DNA of 64,000 nucleotides from Paenalcaligenes sp. (GTDB lineage: Bacteria; Pseudomonadota; Gammaproteobacteria; Burkholderiales; Burkholderiaceae_B), in assembly GCA_052103955.1 (NCBI GenBank), contig JBQELO010000009.1:24364-88363 (forward strand), in the 5' to 3' direction. A program made the position numbers and the translations under genes. Shown here piece after piece: positions 48,519 through 58,362 of this stretch; the stretch's first letter is position 1; every line of letters starts with the position of its first letter. The notes under the pieces are model-generated. The model was given only the letters and a program-made list of their open reading frames with translations. It was not told where the DNA came from and did not search any database.

Positions 48519-48549
48519 ATGAAAATTCCTAACTAGTAGGAGCCTCACT

Positions 48550-49587
48550 ATGAGTTTTGCACGTAATCGTCTCTCCATTTTGGCTGGTCTGGTGTTTGGC
48601 ACAATGGCAGTTAATGCCTACGCTGCCGAAGAAGTGAATCTTTACACCACGCGTGAGCCACAACTGATACTCCCAATTCTCGAGGCCTTCACAAATGACA
48701 GCAACATTAAGGTCAACACGGTATTTGTGAAAGACGGTCTGATTGAGCGAGTACGCACAGAGGGCGATAAATCCCCTGCTGACTTGTTGATGACGGTAGA
48801 CATCGGCAATCTGCTTGACTTGGTAGAAGCTGGCGTAACCCAGCCGGTAGAGTCCTCCACCTTGCAAGCCGCTATTCCAGCCAACTTGCGTGGCACAGAC
48901 AACCAATGGTTCACCTTGTCATTGCGCGACCGCGTGGCTTATGTAGCCAAAGACTTGGAAAACATCACGTCGTTGACCTATGAAGACTTTGCCGACCCAG
49001 AGTTCAAAGGCAAAGTGTGTATTCGTTCGGGCCAACACCCTTACAACACCGCCCTGATCGCCGCCAAAATTGCGCACGATGGCCTAGAAGCCACTGAAAC
49101 ATGGTTGCAAGGTGTCAAAGACAACTTGGCTCGTAAGGCTGCTGGCGGTGACCGCGACGTAGCGCGCGACATCTTAGGTGGTATTTGTGATGTAGGTATT
49201 GCCAACGCCTACTATGTAGGTCGCATGAAAAACGCAGCCCCCGGCACGGATGATTACGCATGGGGTGAAGCGATTAAAGTCATACGCCCTACCTTCGCAA
49301 ACTCGGAGAGCCAAGGCACTCATGTTAATATCTCTGGCGCAGCAGTAGCCAAGCATGCTCCCAACAAAGACAACGCTGTGAAATTGTTGGAATACTTGGT
49401 GTCTGATACTGCACAAAGCCTTTACGCAAAAGCAAATTACGAGTACCCAGTTAAAGCAGGTGTAGAACTTGATCCAGTGGTAGCCAGCTTTGGCGAATTG
49501 GTCATTGATCCACTGCCATTAACGGAGATCGCTAAGCACCGTAAAGAGGCAAGTGAACTGGTAGATAAAGTTGGATTCAACAACTAA
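48550..49587 (+). CDS. fbpA: Fe(3+) ABC transporter periplasmic binding protein
   Basis: Signal peptide ending NAYA. FbpA/AfuA/IdiA-type pattern (VNLYTTRE, ADLLMTVD, ANAYYVG). Confidence 0.8.
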   Translation: MSFARNRLSILAGLVFGTMAVNAYAAEEVNLYTTREPQLILPILEAFTNDSNIKVNTVFVKDGLIERVRTEGDKSPADLLMTVDIGNLLDLVEAGVTQPVESSTLQAAIPANLRGTDNQWFTLSLRDRVAYVAKDLENITSLTYEDFADPEFKGKVCIRSGQHPYNTALIAAKIAHDGLEATETWLQGVKDNLARKAAGGDRDVARDILGGICDVGIANAYYVGRMKNAAPGTDDYAWGEAIKVIRPTFANSESQGTHVNISGAAVAKHAPNKDNAVKLLEYLVSDTAQSLYAKANYEYPVKAGVELDPVVASFGELVIDPLPLTEIAKHRKEASELVDKVGFNN

Positions 49588-51307
49588 AACAACAAACCTC
49601 AAGCAAACTCAACAGGCCATTGCTGCAGAGCAATGGCCTGTTGTTGCGTCGCGCTCCCCGCTGCGTCTGTTTTTCCAAAAAAACGGTTGGTTACTGGTGT
49701 CACTCGTGATTGCCGCCATCGTTATTGCCCCCGTAGGCATGTTGTTCTGGGAATCATTCGGCGCCGTAGACCACTGGGTACACCTTATAGACTATGTGTT
49801 GCCCGGCGCATTTCTGAATACAGTCTTATTACTGGCTGGCGTGGCCGTCTTAGCCGGCTGCCTTGGTGTGGGGGCTGCGTGGTTAATTACCGCCTACGAG
49901 TTTCCGGGGCGACGCGTGGTGTCTTGGGCGCTACTGCTTCCGCTTGCCGTACCCACTTATATAGTTGCGTTTGCCTATTTGGATTTACTTCACCCCATAG
50001 GGCCTATACAAGGCGTTATACGTGATTTACTGGGCTACACCAGCCCTAGGCAGTTCCGTTTACCTGATTTGCGCTCCTTACCTGGTGCCATCTTCCTATT
50101 AGGCTTTGTGCTCTACCCGTACGTGTATTTGAGCACCCGAGCCATGTTTGCGACCCAAGCAGCCAGCCTTATCGAGGCAGCGCGTATCTTGGGTGAAAGC
50201 CGCCGATCGGTATTTTTCCGCGTGGCATTGCCCATGGCGAGGCCAGCTATTGCTGTAGGCTTAAGCCTGACGTTACTTGAAACACTCAACGACATTGGTG
50301 CCTCTGAATTTTTAGGTATCCAAACCCTAACGGTTTCTATTTATTCCACATGGGTGACCCGCTCTAATCTGGCGGGTGCTGCACAAATAGCACTGACCAT
50401 GTTGGTCATGGTGGTTAGCCTGATTTGGATTGAGCGCATGGGTAGGCGCAACCAGCGCTACAGCAGCAACCAACGTTCACACCCTGTTCGCCCACAAGCC
50501 CTTAAAGGACTAGCTGCGGTGATTGCCTGTGCGCTGGGGTGGGCACCTATAGTCATAGGCTTTGTTGCCCCTGCCCTATACCTAATCAACGCCAGCATTA
50601 AGTATCTAAACCTGAATGGAACGGTATCAGCACAACTGTTAAACAGCGCGTGGAATACCTTAAGCCTAGCGTTAATAGCTACCGCCGTCACCCTCGTTGC
50701 TGGGCTGATTCTAGCGTGGTCCGCACGGGGTAATCACCATCAACACGGGCACCGTGCGTTACCCAACATTTTGGCTGGCGTGGCTTCTATAGGCTACGCC
50801 ATCCCCGGCACAGTACTCGCCATTGGCTTACTGGGGCCCTTAGTATTTGTAGATGGCCTATTAAACCGCATAGGACAACTATGGGGCGCTCCACAACAAT
50901 TAATTTTGATGGGCTCAATGGGAGCGCTTATCATTGCCTATAGCATTCGTTTTCTGGCCATATCATCAGGGAGCTTACAAGCTGGTTTATCGCGCATTCC
51001 GCCTTCGCTTGAACAAGCCTCTAGGCTGCTAGGAGAAAGCGCCAGTGGCACCTTGCGACGCGTGCACTTACCACTTCTGCGCCCAGCCCTTGGCGCTGCC
51101 GCACTACTGGTATTTGTAGATGCCATGAAAGAGCTACCCGCCACTCTTTTATTGCGCCCTATGAACTTTGACACGCTGGCAACCTGGCTTTATGCCGAAG
51201 CGGCCCGTGGCACATACGAAGAAGGTGCGATTGCAGCATTAGCCATTGTGGTGGCTGGTTTGTTGCCCGTGATTTTGCTTGCTCGCACTCAATTCAAAAA
51301 CCATTAA
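49571..51307 (+). CDS. fbpB: Fe(3+) ABC transporter permease (duplicated MetI-like domains)
   Basis: About 12 TM helices and two EAA-like loops (EAARILGESRRSVFFRVALP, EQASRLLGESASGTLRRVHLP). The start is uncertain (TTG 49571 or GTG 49697). Confidence 0.8.
   Translation: MDSTTKTTNLKQTQQAIAAEQWPVVASRSPLRLFFQKNGWLLVSLVIAAIVIAPVGMLFWESFGAVDHWVHLIDYVLPGAFLNTVLLLAGVAVLAGCLGVGAAWLITAYEFPGRRVVSWALLLPLAVPTYIVAFAYLDLLHPIGPIQGVIRDLLGYTSPRQFRLPDLRSLPGAIFLLGFVLYPYVYLSTRAMFATQAASLIEAARILGESRRSVFFRVALPMARPAIAVGLSLTLLETLNDIGASEFLGIQTLTVSIYSTWVTRSNLAGAAQIALTMLVMVVSLIWIERMGRRNQRYSSNQRSHPVRPQALKGLAAVIACALGWAPIVIGFVAPALYLINASIKYLNLNGTVSAQLLNSAWNTLSLALIATAVTLVAGLILAWSARGNHHQHGHRALPNILAGVASIGYAIPGTVLAIGLLGPLVFVDGLLNRIGQLWGAPQQLILMGSMGALIIAYSIRFLAISSGSLQAGLSRIPPSLEQASRLLGESASGTLRRVHLPLLRPALGAAALLVFVDAMKELPATLLLRPMNFDTLATWLYAEAARGTYEEGAIAALAIVVAGLLPVILLARTQFKNH
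49610..49643 (+). other. 14-bp perfect hairpin at the fbpA-fbpB junction
   Basis: CAACAGGCCATTGC (49610-49623) pairs with GCAATGGCCTGTTG (49630-49643). The loop is TGCAGA. Confidence 0.7.
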
Positions 51308-51313
51308 TTCCTC

Positions 51314-52102
51314 ATGACTGCTTTTCTGCGTTTAGAACACCTGTCCATTAGCTATCCCGCACCCGAAGGGAGAAAAACGGTAGTTGATGACTTAAGTTTG
51401 TCGTTAAACCAAGGACATATAGGGTGTTTGTTAGGTTCTTCTGGCTGCGGCAAAACCACGGTATTACGCAGCATAGCGGGCTTCGAACCTTTGCAGACGG
51501 GCAGCATACACTTGGGCAATATCTGCTTATCTACACCGGAACAAGTCGTGCTGCCTGAGCACCGCAATGTGGGCATGATGTTTCAAGACTACGCCCTATT
51601 CCCACACTTAACCGTGGCGCAGAATATTGCTTTTGGTCTACGCAAAGCAGAAAAAGACTACCGACGTCAGCGTGTGGAAGAGATGCTGCAACTGGTGGAT
51701 TTGCCCACTCACGCCAAACGCTACCCGCACGAACTATCCGGCGGGCAACAACAACGTGTGGCATTGGCTAGAGCCTTGGCACCAGAGCCTTCCTTACTAC
51801 TGTTAGATGAGCCGTTTTCTAATTTGGATATAGATACCCGCGAACGCTTAGCGTTTGAGGTGCGCGATATTCTGAAAACCGCTGGCTTAACGGCGTTATT
51901 GGTGACGCATAACCAAGCCGAAGCCTTTGCTATAGCTGACCGTATTGGCGTCATGCACGAAGGCCGTATCGCCCAATGGGATACCGCCTACAACCTGCAC
52001 CACAATCCTGCTAATACCTTTGTGTCGGAGTTTATTCGTCGCGAAGCACTGCTGCACCAACGAGCCCAAGCCTTCTTGCGCGGCAGCCCTTCGGACGACT
52101 AA
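51314..52102 (+). CDS. fbpC: Fe(3+) ABC transporter ATP-binding protein (short form)
   Basis: Walker A GSSGCGKTT, signature LSGGQQQR, Walker B LLLLDEP. At 262 aa it lacks the C-terminal regulatory domain seen in ~350-aa FbpC proteins. Confidence 0.85.
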   Translation: MTAFLRLEHLSISYPAPEGRKTVVDDLSLSLNQGHIGCLLGSSGCGKTTVLRSIAGFEPLQTGSIHLGNICLSTPEQVVLPEHRNVGMMFQDYALFPHLTVAQNIAFGLRKAEKDYRRQRVEEMLQLVDLPTHAKRYPHELSGGQQQRVALARALAPEPSLLLLDEPFSNLDIDTRERLAFEVRDILKTAGLTALLVTHNQAEAFAIADRIGVMHEGRIAQWDTAYNLHHNPANTFVSEFIRREALLHQRAQAFLRGSPSDD

Positions 52103-52115
52103 CCCCCTGCCGCTA

Positions 52116-53015
52116 TCAGCTAGCCCACCCTTCAGGCAGTGACGCTAGCCACGCCGCTACTTTGGCTCGCTCTTCGCCTTGCAAGCTGTACAAGGGCAAC
52201 GGCAAACACGGACTTTGTGCTAACCCCAACAGTTCAGCTACAGCCGCGACAACACGCACACTGCCATGCTGCTTAAACAATGCCCATAAGGGTTCCATCG
52301 CGGCAAACAACACTGCTGCCTGATCACTAGGCTGCTGACTTTCTACCAGCAAAAGCCTACACAACTGCGGCAGCAACCCACCCAAGACCGAATACCAACC
52401 ATCGCAGCCAGCTTGCAACCCTAATGTCGCCGCATGATCACCGCTAACGCCTAGACTACATCCTGCTGGCAAACAGGCTTTAAGTGCGTCCACACGTGCA
52501 GTAGCCTCTTCTAACGTACCCGTTAACGCAGGGATTTTAATAGAAGCCACATGTGGCAATGCAGACAAGGCGACTAATAACTCATCGCTAAAGTGAAACT
52601 GCGTTGTACCGGGATTATCGTACACGCACAAAGGCACAGACAGTTCGCGCGTTACCCGTTCAAACAAGCCATACACTTCATCGGGCTGCAATTTTTGGTA
52701 CGACACAGGCGCCAACAACACCGCTTTCGCTCCGGCGTGTTGAGCGTCTTCCGCAAGGCTTAACACATCACGGGTACGCACAGCACCAATCCCTGCCATC
52801 ACTGGCACAGAGGCGGCCTGCGACACCGCATGCTTAACCACCTGCGCTCGCTCTTCCCTGTTAAGGTAAGCATAACTACCCGTAGAGCCCAACACCGCAA
52901 TCATGTTCACTTGCGCCTGCACCTGACGTTGAATCAAGCGCTCAAAAGCATGACCATCAATGTCATTGTCATTGAGCAACGGCGTTAAGGGAAAGGAAAT
53001 CAGCCCGTTAAACAT
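52116..53015 (-). CDS. dihydrodipicolinate synthase/N-acetylneuraminate lyase family protein
   Basis: DapA-family pattern (GSTGSYAYLNREER, PLCVYDNPG). The specific activity is unknown. Confidence 0.75.
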   Translation of the reverse strand: MFNGLISFPLTPLLNDNDIDGHAFERLIQRQVQAQVNMIAVLGSTGSYAYLNREERAQVVKHAVSQAASVPVMAGIGAVRTRDVLSLAEDAQHAGAKAVLLAPVSYQKLQPDEVYGLFERVTRELSVPLCVYDNPGTTQFHFSDELLVALSALPHVASIKIPALTGTLEEATARVDALKACLPAGCSLGVSGDHAATLGLQAGCDGWYSVLGGLLPQLCRLLLVESQQPSDQAAVLFAAMEPLWALFKQHGSVRVVAAVAELLGLAQSPCLPLPLYSLQGEERAKVAAWLASLPEGWAS

Positions 53016-53032
53016 AGAGTCTCCTACCTACA

Positions 53033-53065
53033 AAGAAAAAAGCCCCTGCCATGCAGACAGGGGCT
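53033..53065 (-). terminator. rho-independent terminator of glnA
   Basis: On the minus strand it reads AGCCCCTG-loop-CAGGGGCT followed by TTTTTTC. Confidence 0.85.
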
Positions 53066-53083
53066 ATGCAGCCGTAATAAAAC

Positions 53084-54496
53084 TTATAGGCTGTAGTACA
53101 TATCGAACTCAACAGGGTGAGGTGTCATGCGCAAGCGATTCACTTCAGCTTGTTTCAGTTCAATATACGCATCCAACATATCGTTGCTGAACACGCCACC
53201 ACGAGTTAGGAACTCGCGATCGTTGTCCAGAGCTTCCAATGCTTGTTCCAACGAGCTACATACGGTTGGGATTTTTGCATCCTCTTCCGGTGGCAAGTCG
53301 TACAAGTTTTTGTCAGCGGCATCGCCTGGGTGAATGCGGTTCTGAATACCGTCTAAACCAGCCATCAACATGGCAGAGAATGCCAAGTATGGGTTAGCCA
53401 TTGGGTCTGGGAAACGCACCTCTACGCGGCGAGCTTTAGGGCTGCTTACGTAAGGAATACGAATAGATGCTGAACGGTTACGTGCCGAGTAGGCCAACTT
53501 CACAGGCGCTTCGTAGTGAGGTACTAAGCGTTTGTAAGAGTTAGTCGTTGGGTTAGTAATCGCGTTCAGTGCACGTGCGTGCTTGATGATACCGCCGATA
53601 TAGAACAAGGCCATATCAGACAAACCACCGTAACCATTACCGGCGAACAAGTTTTGGCCATCTTTCCAGATGGATTGGTGTACGTGCATACCAGAACCGT
53701 TATCGCCCAAAATTGGTTTAGGCATAAAGGTTGCTGTTTTACCGTACACATGCGCCACGTTCATGATGGTGTACTTCATGATCTGGTTCCAGTCGGCACG
53801 CTGCACCAGAGTAGAGAAACGGGTACCAATTTCCAACTGGCCGCCGCCGCCCACTTCGTGGTGGTGCACTTCAACTGGCACACCCTGCTGCTCCATCAAT
53901 ACGCACATTTCAGAGCGCAGATCATGGAAGCTATCAACAGGAGGTACTGGCGCATAGCCGCCTTTTACGCGCAGACGGTGGCCCAAGTTATGACCATTCA
54001 ATGCAGCAGAGGTAGACCATGGTGCGTGTTCGGCACCAATTTCCACCATGCAGCCATTCATCTGATCGTCCCAACGAATGTTGTCGAAAACGAAGAATTC
54101 TGGTTCAGGACCAAAGTAAGCGGTATCACCCAAGCCACTGGCTTGCAGGTAAATTTCAGCGCGTTTGGCCAACGAACGTGGATCACGATCGTAACCATTC
54201 AAATCGGTAGGTTCTGCTACATCACACGTGATAATCAGCGTGCTTTCTTCGCGGAATGGATCTAAGCGGGCAGAACTTGCGTCTGGCAGCAACAGCATGT
54301 CGGAGCATTCCACTCCTTTCCATCCAGGCAAAGACGATGCATCGAACGCTACCCCCCCTTCTATGCGCTCTTCATCAAAGCTGTGCGCTGGCACAGTCAG
54401 GTGGTGTTCACGGCCCAGCGTATCCGTGAAACGGCAGTCGACGAAGGCAACATTACGTTCCGCAATGAGTTTGACCAGCTCTTCGGGGGTAGACAT
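53084..54496 (-). CDS. glnA: type I glutamine synthetase
   Basis: 470 aa. Contains GSGMHVHQS and the adenylylation-site region NLYDLPPEE. Confidence 0.95.
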   Translation of the reverse strand: MSTPEELVKLIAERNVAFVDCRFTDTLGREHHLTVPAHSFDEERIEGGVAFDASSLPGWKGVECSDMLLLPDASSARLDPFREESTLIITCDVAEPTDLNGYDRDPRSLAKRAEIYLQASGLGDTAYFGPEPEFFVFDNIRWDDQMNGCMVEIGAEHAPWSTSAALNGHNLGHRLRVKGGYAPVPPVDSFHDLRSEMCVLMEQQGVPVEVHHHEVGGGGQLEIGTRFSTLVQRADWNQIMKYTIMNVAHVYGKTATFMPKPILGDNGSGMHVHQSIWKDGQNLFAGNGYGGLSDMALFYIGGIIKHARALNAITNPTTNSYKRLVPHYEAPVKLAYSARNRSASIRIPYVSSPKARRVEVRFPDPMANPYLAFSAMLMAGLDGIQNRIHPGDAADKNLYDLPPEEDAKIPTVCSSLEQALEALDNDREFLTRGGVFSNDMLDAYIELKQAEVNRLRMTPHPVEFDMYYSL

Positions 54497-54632
54497 TATG
54501 ACTCCAGAATAAGGCTAAAAAGCAGAGATAAAGACCACCTTACAGCACGCCCGTGCTGCAAAGGGCCTGTTTTATTGTAATTCAAGGGCTAGATAGCCGT
54601 TTAAAAAACCTGCAACAACAACAGGAAAACAA

Positions 54633-55853
54633 CTACTGTTCGTGTAAAAATTCCGCTTGCAGGTCATTTAGGAAACGCCAGCCCATTTCTGATGCTCGAA
54701 TACGCAGTGGATCGTCTGCCAACAAGCCCTTATCGCGACAGCGACGCAAGGCTGGCAGCACGGAGCTTAGTGGCAATCCAGTATGCTCTTCGTAGAGTCC
54801 AACGGGCACGCCTTGTTTTAAACGTAACGCATTCAACATGAACTCAAACGGCACGTCATGAAAGGCAACACTTACATCTTCGGCTAAATGGCTACCATCA
54901 CGTTTTTCGGCTGCTTCCATCCACGACTGCGGATTACGCAACACAGCACGACGCACTATCCTGTCTGGGAATGACAGCTTGCTATGTGCCCCAGGGCCTA
55001 TGCCTAGATAATCACCGAACTCCCAATAGTTCATATTGTGTCGGCTACGACGACCGGGTTTGCTATAGGCAGAGATTTCGTATTGTTCAAAACCGTGCTC
55101 TTGCACCGTTTGTATCATTGCATCTTGCATTACCGCACTTTGGTCTTCGTCTGGCAGCGTTGGCGGATACTTCGCAAACACCGTATTGGGCTCCAGAGTC
55201 AGGTGGTACAGCGACAAATGCTCTGTACCGAAACTGAGGGCTTGCTGTACGTCCTTAATGGCTAGCTCTGGTGTTTGCCCGGGTAAAGCAAACATCACAT
55301 CCAAATTCACACGCTCTACCGCTTGCTGCGCCATATCGATGGCTAATCGTGCTTGCTGACCATCGTGAATACGGCCTAACGCCTTCAACGCTGCATCATC
55401 AAAACTTTGTATACCTAGCGAGATACGGTTCACACCGCTTTGCGCATAAGCCTTGAAGCGTGATGCCTCCGCCGTGCCCGGGTTAGCTTCTAAAGTGATT
55501 TCCGCATCGGGTAATAACGGCAGATACGCCCGAATCATAGACAACATCGCCTCTACCGTTTGCTCGGACAGCAAGCTGGGGGTTCCACCACCGATAAACA
55601 CTGAAATCAGCTGACGGCCCCAGATTAAGGGCAAGGACTGCTCTAAATCTGCCCGCAATGCTGATAAATACTGCTCTTCAGGCAGCGTTTGTGGTGCTTT
55701 GTGTGAGTTGAAATCACAGTAGGGACATTTACGCACACACCACGGCACATGCACATACAGCGCAAGCGGTGGCAATGTGCTAAATCTGAACTCATCCGCT
55801 TTGCGTGGTTGAACGCGCTGCAAAGGCTGAATGGAGATCATTACTTGGTCCAT
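54633..55853 (-). CDS. hemW: radical SAM heme chaperone HemW (HemN-like, oxygen-independent coproporphyrinogen oxidase family)
   Basis: CVRKCPYCDF CxxxCxxC cluster and GGGTPS. An alternative ATG at 55841 overlaps the rdgB stop (TAATG). Confidence 0.85.
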   Translation of the reverse strand: MDQVMISIQPLQRVQPRKADEFRFSTLPPLALYVHVPWCVRKCPYCDFNSHKAPQTLPEEQYLSALRADLEQSLPLIWGRQLISVFIGGGTPSLLSEQTVEAMLSMIRAYLPLLPDAEITLEANPGTAEASRFKAYAQSGVNRISLGIQSFDDAALKALGRIHDGQQARLAIDMAQQAVERVNLDVMFALPGQTPELAIKDVQQALSFGTEHLSLYHLTLEPNTVFAKYPPTLPDEDQSAVMQDAMIQTVQEHGFEQYEISAYSKPGRRSRHNMNYWEFGDYLGIGPGAHSKLSFPDRIVRRAVLRNPQSWMEAAEKRDGSHLAEDVSVAFHDVPFEFMLNALRLKQGVPVGLYEEHTGLPLSSVLPALRRCRDKGLLADDPLRIRASEMGWRFLNDLQAEFLHEQ

Positions 55854-56455
55854 CCTTCATGCTGTAAGCGTTGCAGCAATTGCTTCAGCGCAATGGCACG
55901 GTGGCTCAGACTGTTTTTCTCGGTTGCGCTGAGTTGTGCGGCGGTCTTGCCTAAATCTGGCAAAAAGAAGTGTGGGTCGTATCCAAAGCCATTTTCGCCT
56001 TGAGGCAGATCCACGATCTCGCCCTCCCAGAAACCTTCACAAATGATGGGACAGGGGTCTTCCGCATGGCGTACAAACACCAGCAACGCCACATAACGAG
56101 CATCTCGCTGCGACACACCTTGCAGCATAGAGACTAGATGAGCATTGTTGGCCGCATCAGATTTCTCGCCACCTGCCATTTTCGCAAAACGCGCCGAGTA
56201 CACACCCGGAGCACCGTCTAAGGCTCGCACCGATAAACCCGAGTCATCCGCCAACGCTGGCAGGCCAGTTAGCTTACTTGCATGCCTAGCCTTAGCCAGC
56301 GCATTTTCCACGAAGGTATGAAAAGGCTCATCTGCCTCGGGAACACCCAGCTCACCTTGAGCAATCATCTGCAAGCCAACAGGTTCCAGCATCGCTGAGA
56401 ACTCACGCAATTTGCCGGCATTATTCGATGCCAAAACCACTTTATGCAGTGCCAT
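55841..56455 (-). CDS. rdgB: dITP/XTP pyrophosphatase
   Basis: VLASNNAGKLREF and FGYDPHF motifs. Confidence 0.9.
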   Translation of the reverse strand: MALHKVVLASNNAGKLREFSAMLEPVGLQMIAQGELGVPEADEPFHTFVENALAKARHASKLTGLPALADDSGLSVRALDGAPGVYSARFAKMAGGEKSDAANNAHLVSMLQGVSQRDARYVALLVFVRHAEDPCPIICEGFWEGEIVDLPQGENGFGYDPHFFLPDLGKTAAQLSATEKNSLSHRAIALKQLLQRLQHEGWTK

Positions 56456-56470
56456 GTTTACCCTACTCGC

Positions 56471-57196
56471 TTATGCACGCTCTACCGCTGCACGTTGTGC
56501 ACGGTGTAACTGTTGAATACCTGCTTGAGCGCTGTCTATCAACGCATTTAATTCTTGACGACTAAACGTGTTGCCTTCGGCTGTGCCTTGAATCTCTACC
56601 AGTTGATCCGCATCAGTCATAACCACGTTCACATCAGCGTCACAGCCAGAGTCTTCTTCGTAGTCTAGGTCCAGCAACAAACTGCTGCCCAACTTACCTA
56701 CGGACACAGCTGCCACTTGACCTGTTAGCGCTTGCTCTAAGCCCGCACGTTTTAATGCAATCGCCAACGCTACCCACGCACCGGTAATACTGGCGCAACG
56801 TGTGCCGCCATCGGCTTGCAGCACATCGCAATCCAAATGCACCGAGCGCTCGCCCAAAGCTTTCAGATCCACCACTGCGCGCAAACTACGGCCAATTAAA
56901 CGTTGTATTTCTTGCGTACGGCCGCTTTGTTTTCCTCGCGCCGCTTCTCTATCCATGCGAGTATGGGTAGAACGTGGCAGCATGCCATATTCAGCTGTTA
57001 CCCAACCCTGTTCTTTGCCTTTCAAAAAACCGGGCACTTTGTCTACTAAACTGGCCGTACACAACACATGCGTATCGCCGGCTTTAATCAGTACCGAGCC
57101 CTCAGCGTGTTTGCTGAAATTCACTTCAAACTCTATGCTGCGCAATGCATCATGCGCCCGCGCGGCATGACGTTCGTAATTCTGCAAACCTGACAA
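56471..57196 (-). CDS. rph: ribonuclease PH
   Basis: [15 protein letters not shown] and [12 protein letters not shown] motifs. Length is 241 aa. Confidence 0.9.
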   Translation of the reverse strand: MSGLQNYERHAARAHDALRSIEFEVNFSKHAEGSVLIKAGDTHVLCTASLVDKVPGFLKGKEQGWVTAEYGMLPRSTHTRMDREAARGKQSGRTQEIQRLIGRSLRAVVDLKALGERSVHLDCDVLQADGGTRCASITGAWVALAIALKRAGLEQALTGQVAAVSVGKLGSSLLLDLDYEEDSGCDADVNVVMTDADQLVEIQGTAEGNTFSRQELNALIDSAQAGIQQLHRAQRAAVERA

Positions 57197-57292
57197 CGTG
57201 ATTCTCCTACTGATTTAGGCGACTTCGCCCGAAGACGCTATTAGAACAGGCTACAATACCTTAATTCAAGCTCACACACGGTACCTTATTCT

Positions 57293-58216
57293 ATGATCAG
57301 CAGTATGACCGCTTTTGGCAGCGCGCGCGCCGAGTCGGAACTAGGCAGTATCACCATTGATCTGCGCAGCGTCAACAACCGCTACCTAGACCTGAATCTT
57401 CGTATTCCTGAAGAATTACGCTTTCTGGAATCACAGGTACGTGAGCGCCTAAATGAATCCCTGCAGCGCGGAAAGATTGAGCTACGCCTGTCTTTCCAAA
57501 AAAACCTACTCATACAAAAAAGCCGCCTAGACCCAGCCTACTTAGAAAAGCTGGCCGCTGAATTGGCACTGGCTCGCCGCTTCATCCCTGACACCCCTGC
57601 CCCCAAACTGCAAGAGTTAATGCAGTCACAGCAGCAAGAACAAACTCAAGAAAAAGCAGAACAGTGGCAAGCGACTTGTTTAGAGGCCTTGGGGCAAGCC
57701 CTGCAAGACTTCCAGGCAGCGCGTTTGCGTGAAGGCGAACGCTTGGCCAAAGACATGCTGAGCATTTCGGAAGACATCCAGCGTATTGTTGAAGAGGTAG
57801 AACAGCACATTCCACAAATGCTGCAAGACCAACAAAACAAAATCAGCGAGCGCCTACGAGAAAGCATCAGTGCAGCCCACCCAGAAGGCTTTAGCCATAT
57901 TTCTGGTGAAGAGCTGTCGGCCCGTATTGCTCAAGAAGCTTCATTGTTTTCGTTGCGCGCCGATGTGGCAGAAGAACTCACCAGACTGCGTTCTCACCTA
58001 AAAGAGCTGCAACACATTCTGCAAGGCAAAGACAGTGGCAACAAACGTCAGCGTAAAGGCAGTAGCGGTAAGCGCTTGGACTTCCTGTTCCAAGAAATGA
58101 ACCGTGAAGCCAATACACTGGGCTCTAAAGCCGGTGCGTTGAGCGTGACGGAAGCGGCTATTGATTTGAAGCTGCTTATTGAGCAGATGCGTGAGCAGGC
58201 GCAGAATATTGAATGA
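57293..58216 (+). CDS. yicC: YicC-family stress-induced protein
   Basis: MISSMTAFGSA N-terminus and FLFQEMNREANTLGSK / EQMREQAQNIE at the C-terminus. It is divergent from rph, as in many proteobacteria. Confidence 0.85.
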   Translation: MISSMTAFGSARAESELGSITIDLRSVNNRYLDLNLRIPEELRFLESQVRERLNESLQRGKIELRLSFQKNLLIQKSRLDPAYLEKLAAELALARRFIPDTPAPKLQELMQSQQQEQTQEKAEQWQATCLEALGQALQDFQAARLREGERLAKDMLSISEDIQRIVEEVEQHIPQMLQDQQNKISERLRESISAAHPEGFSHISGEELSARIAQEASLFSLRADVAEELTRLRSHLKELQHILQGKDSGNKRQRKGSSGKRLDFLFQEMNREANTLGSKAGALSVTEAAIDLKLLIEQMREQAQNIE

Positions 58217-58323
58217 CCTCAACAGACATCAACCAAGCTCAATTATCTCAATAAATTCAACACCTTAAACAAAACATTACTCCATACAACTCTACCGACA
58301 CTTACCCATATCAATAAATAAAC

Positions 58324-58345
58324 GGTGAGTACAATGGTGAGTACA
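58324..58345 (+). repeat. tandem direct repeat GGTGAGTACA x2 (12-bp phase)
   Basis: Copies at 58324-58333 and 58336-58345, 18-39 nt upstream of the integrase ATG. Confidence 0.7.
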
Positions 58346-58362
58346 TTTGGAGTAAGGTTTCT

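Noticed and set aside
53579-54265. 228-aa plus-strand ORF (with other ORFs at 53670-53957 and 54228-54512) inside glnA
   Set aside because: It is antisense to an unambiguous glutamine synthetase gene. Its composition (His/Val/Thr-rich, no motifs) is typical of shadow ORFs.
54497-54632. Sigma-54 promoter plus NtrC sites for glnA
   Set aside because: The best GG...GC candidate has 11-nt rather than 10-nt spacing. The GCAC/GTGC palindrome has N4 rather than N7 spacing.
58217-58362. tRNA or tmRNA attachment site next to the P4-type integrase
   Set aside because: There is no acceptor or T-arm-like sequence (no GGTTCGAATCC-type motif). The top strand has almost no G, which is incompatible with a tRNA.
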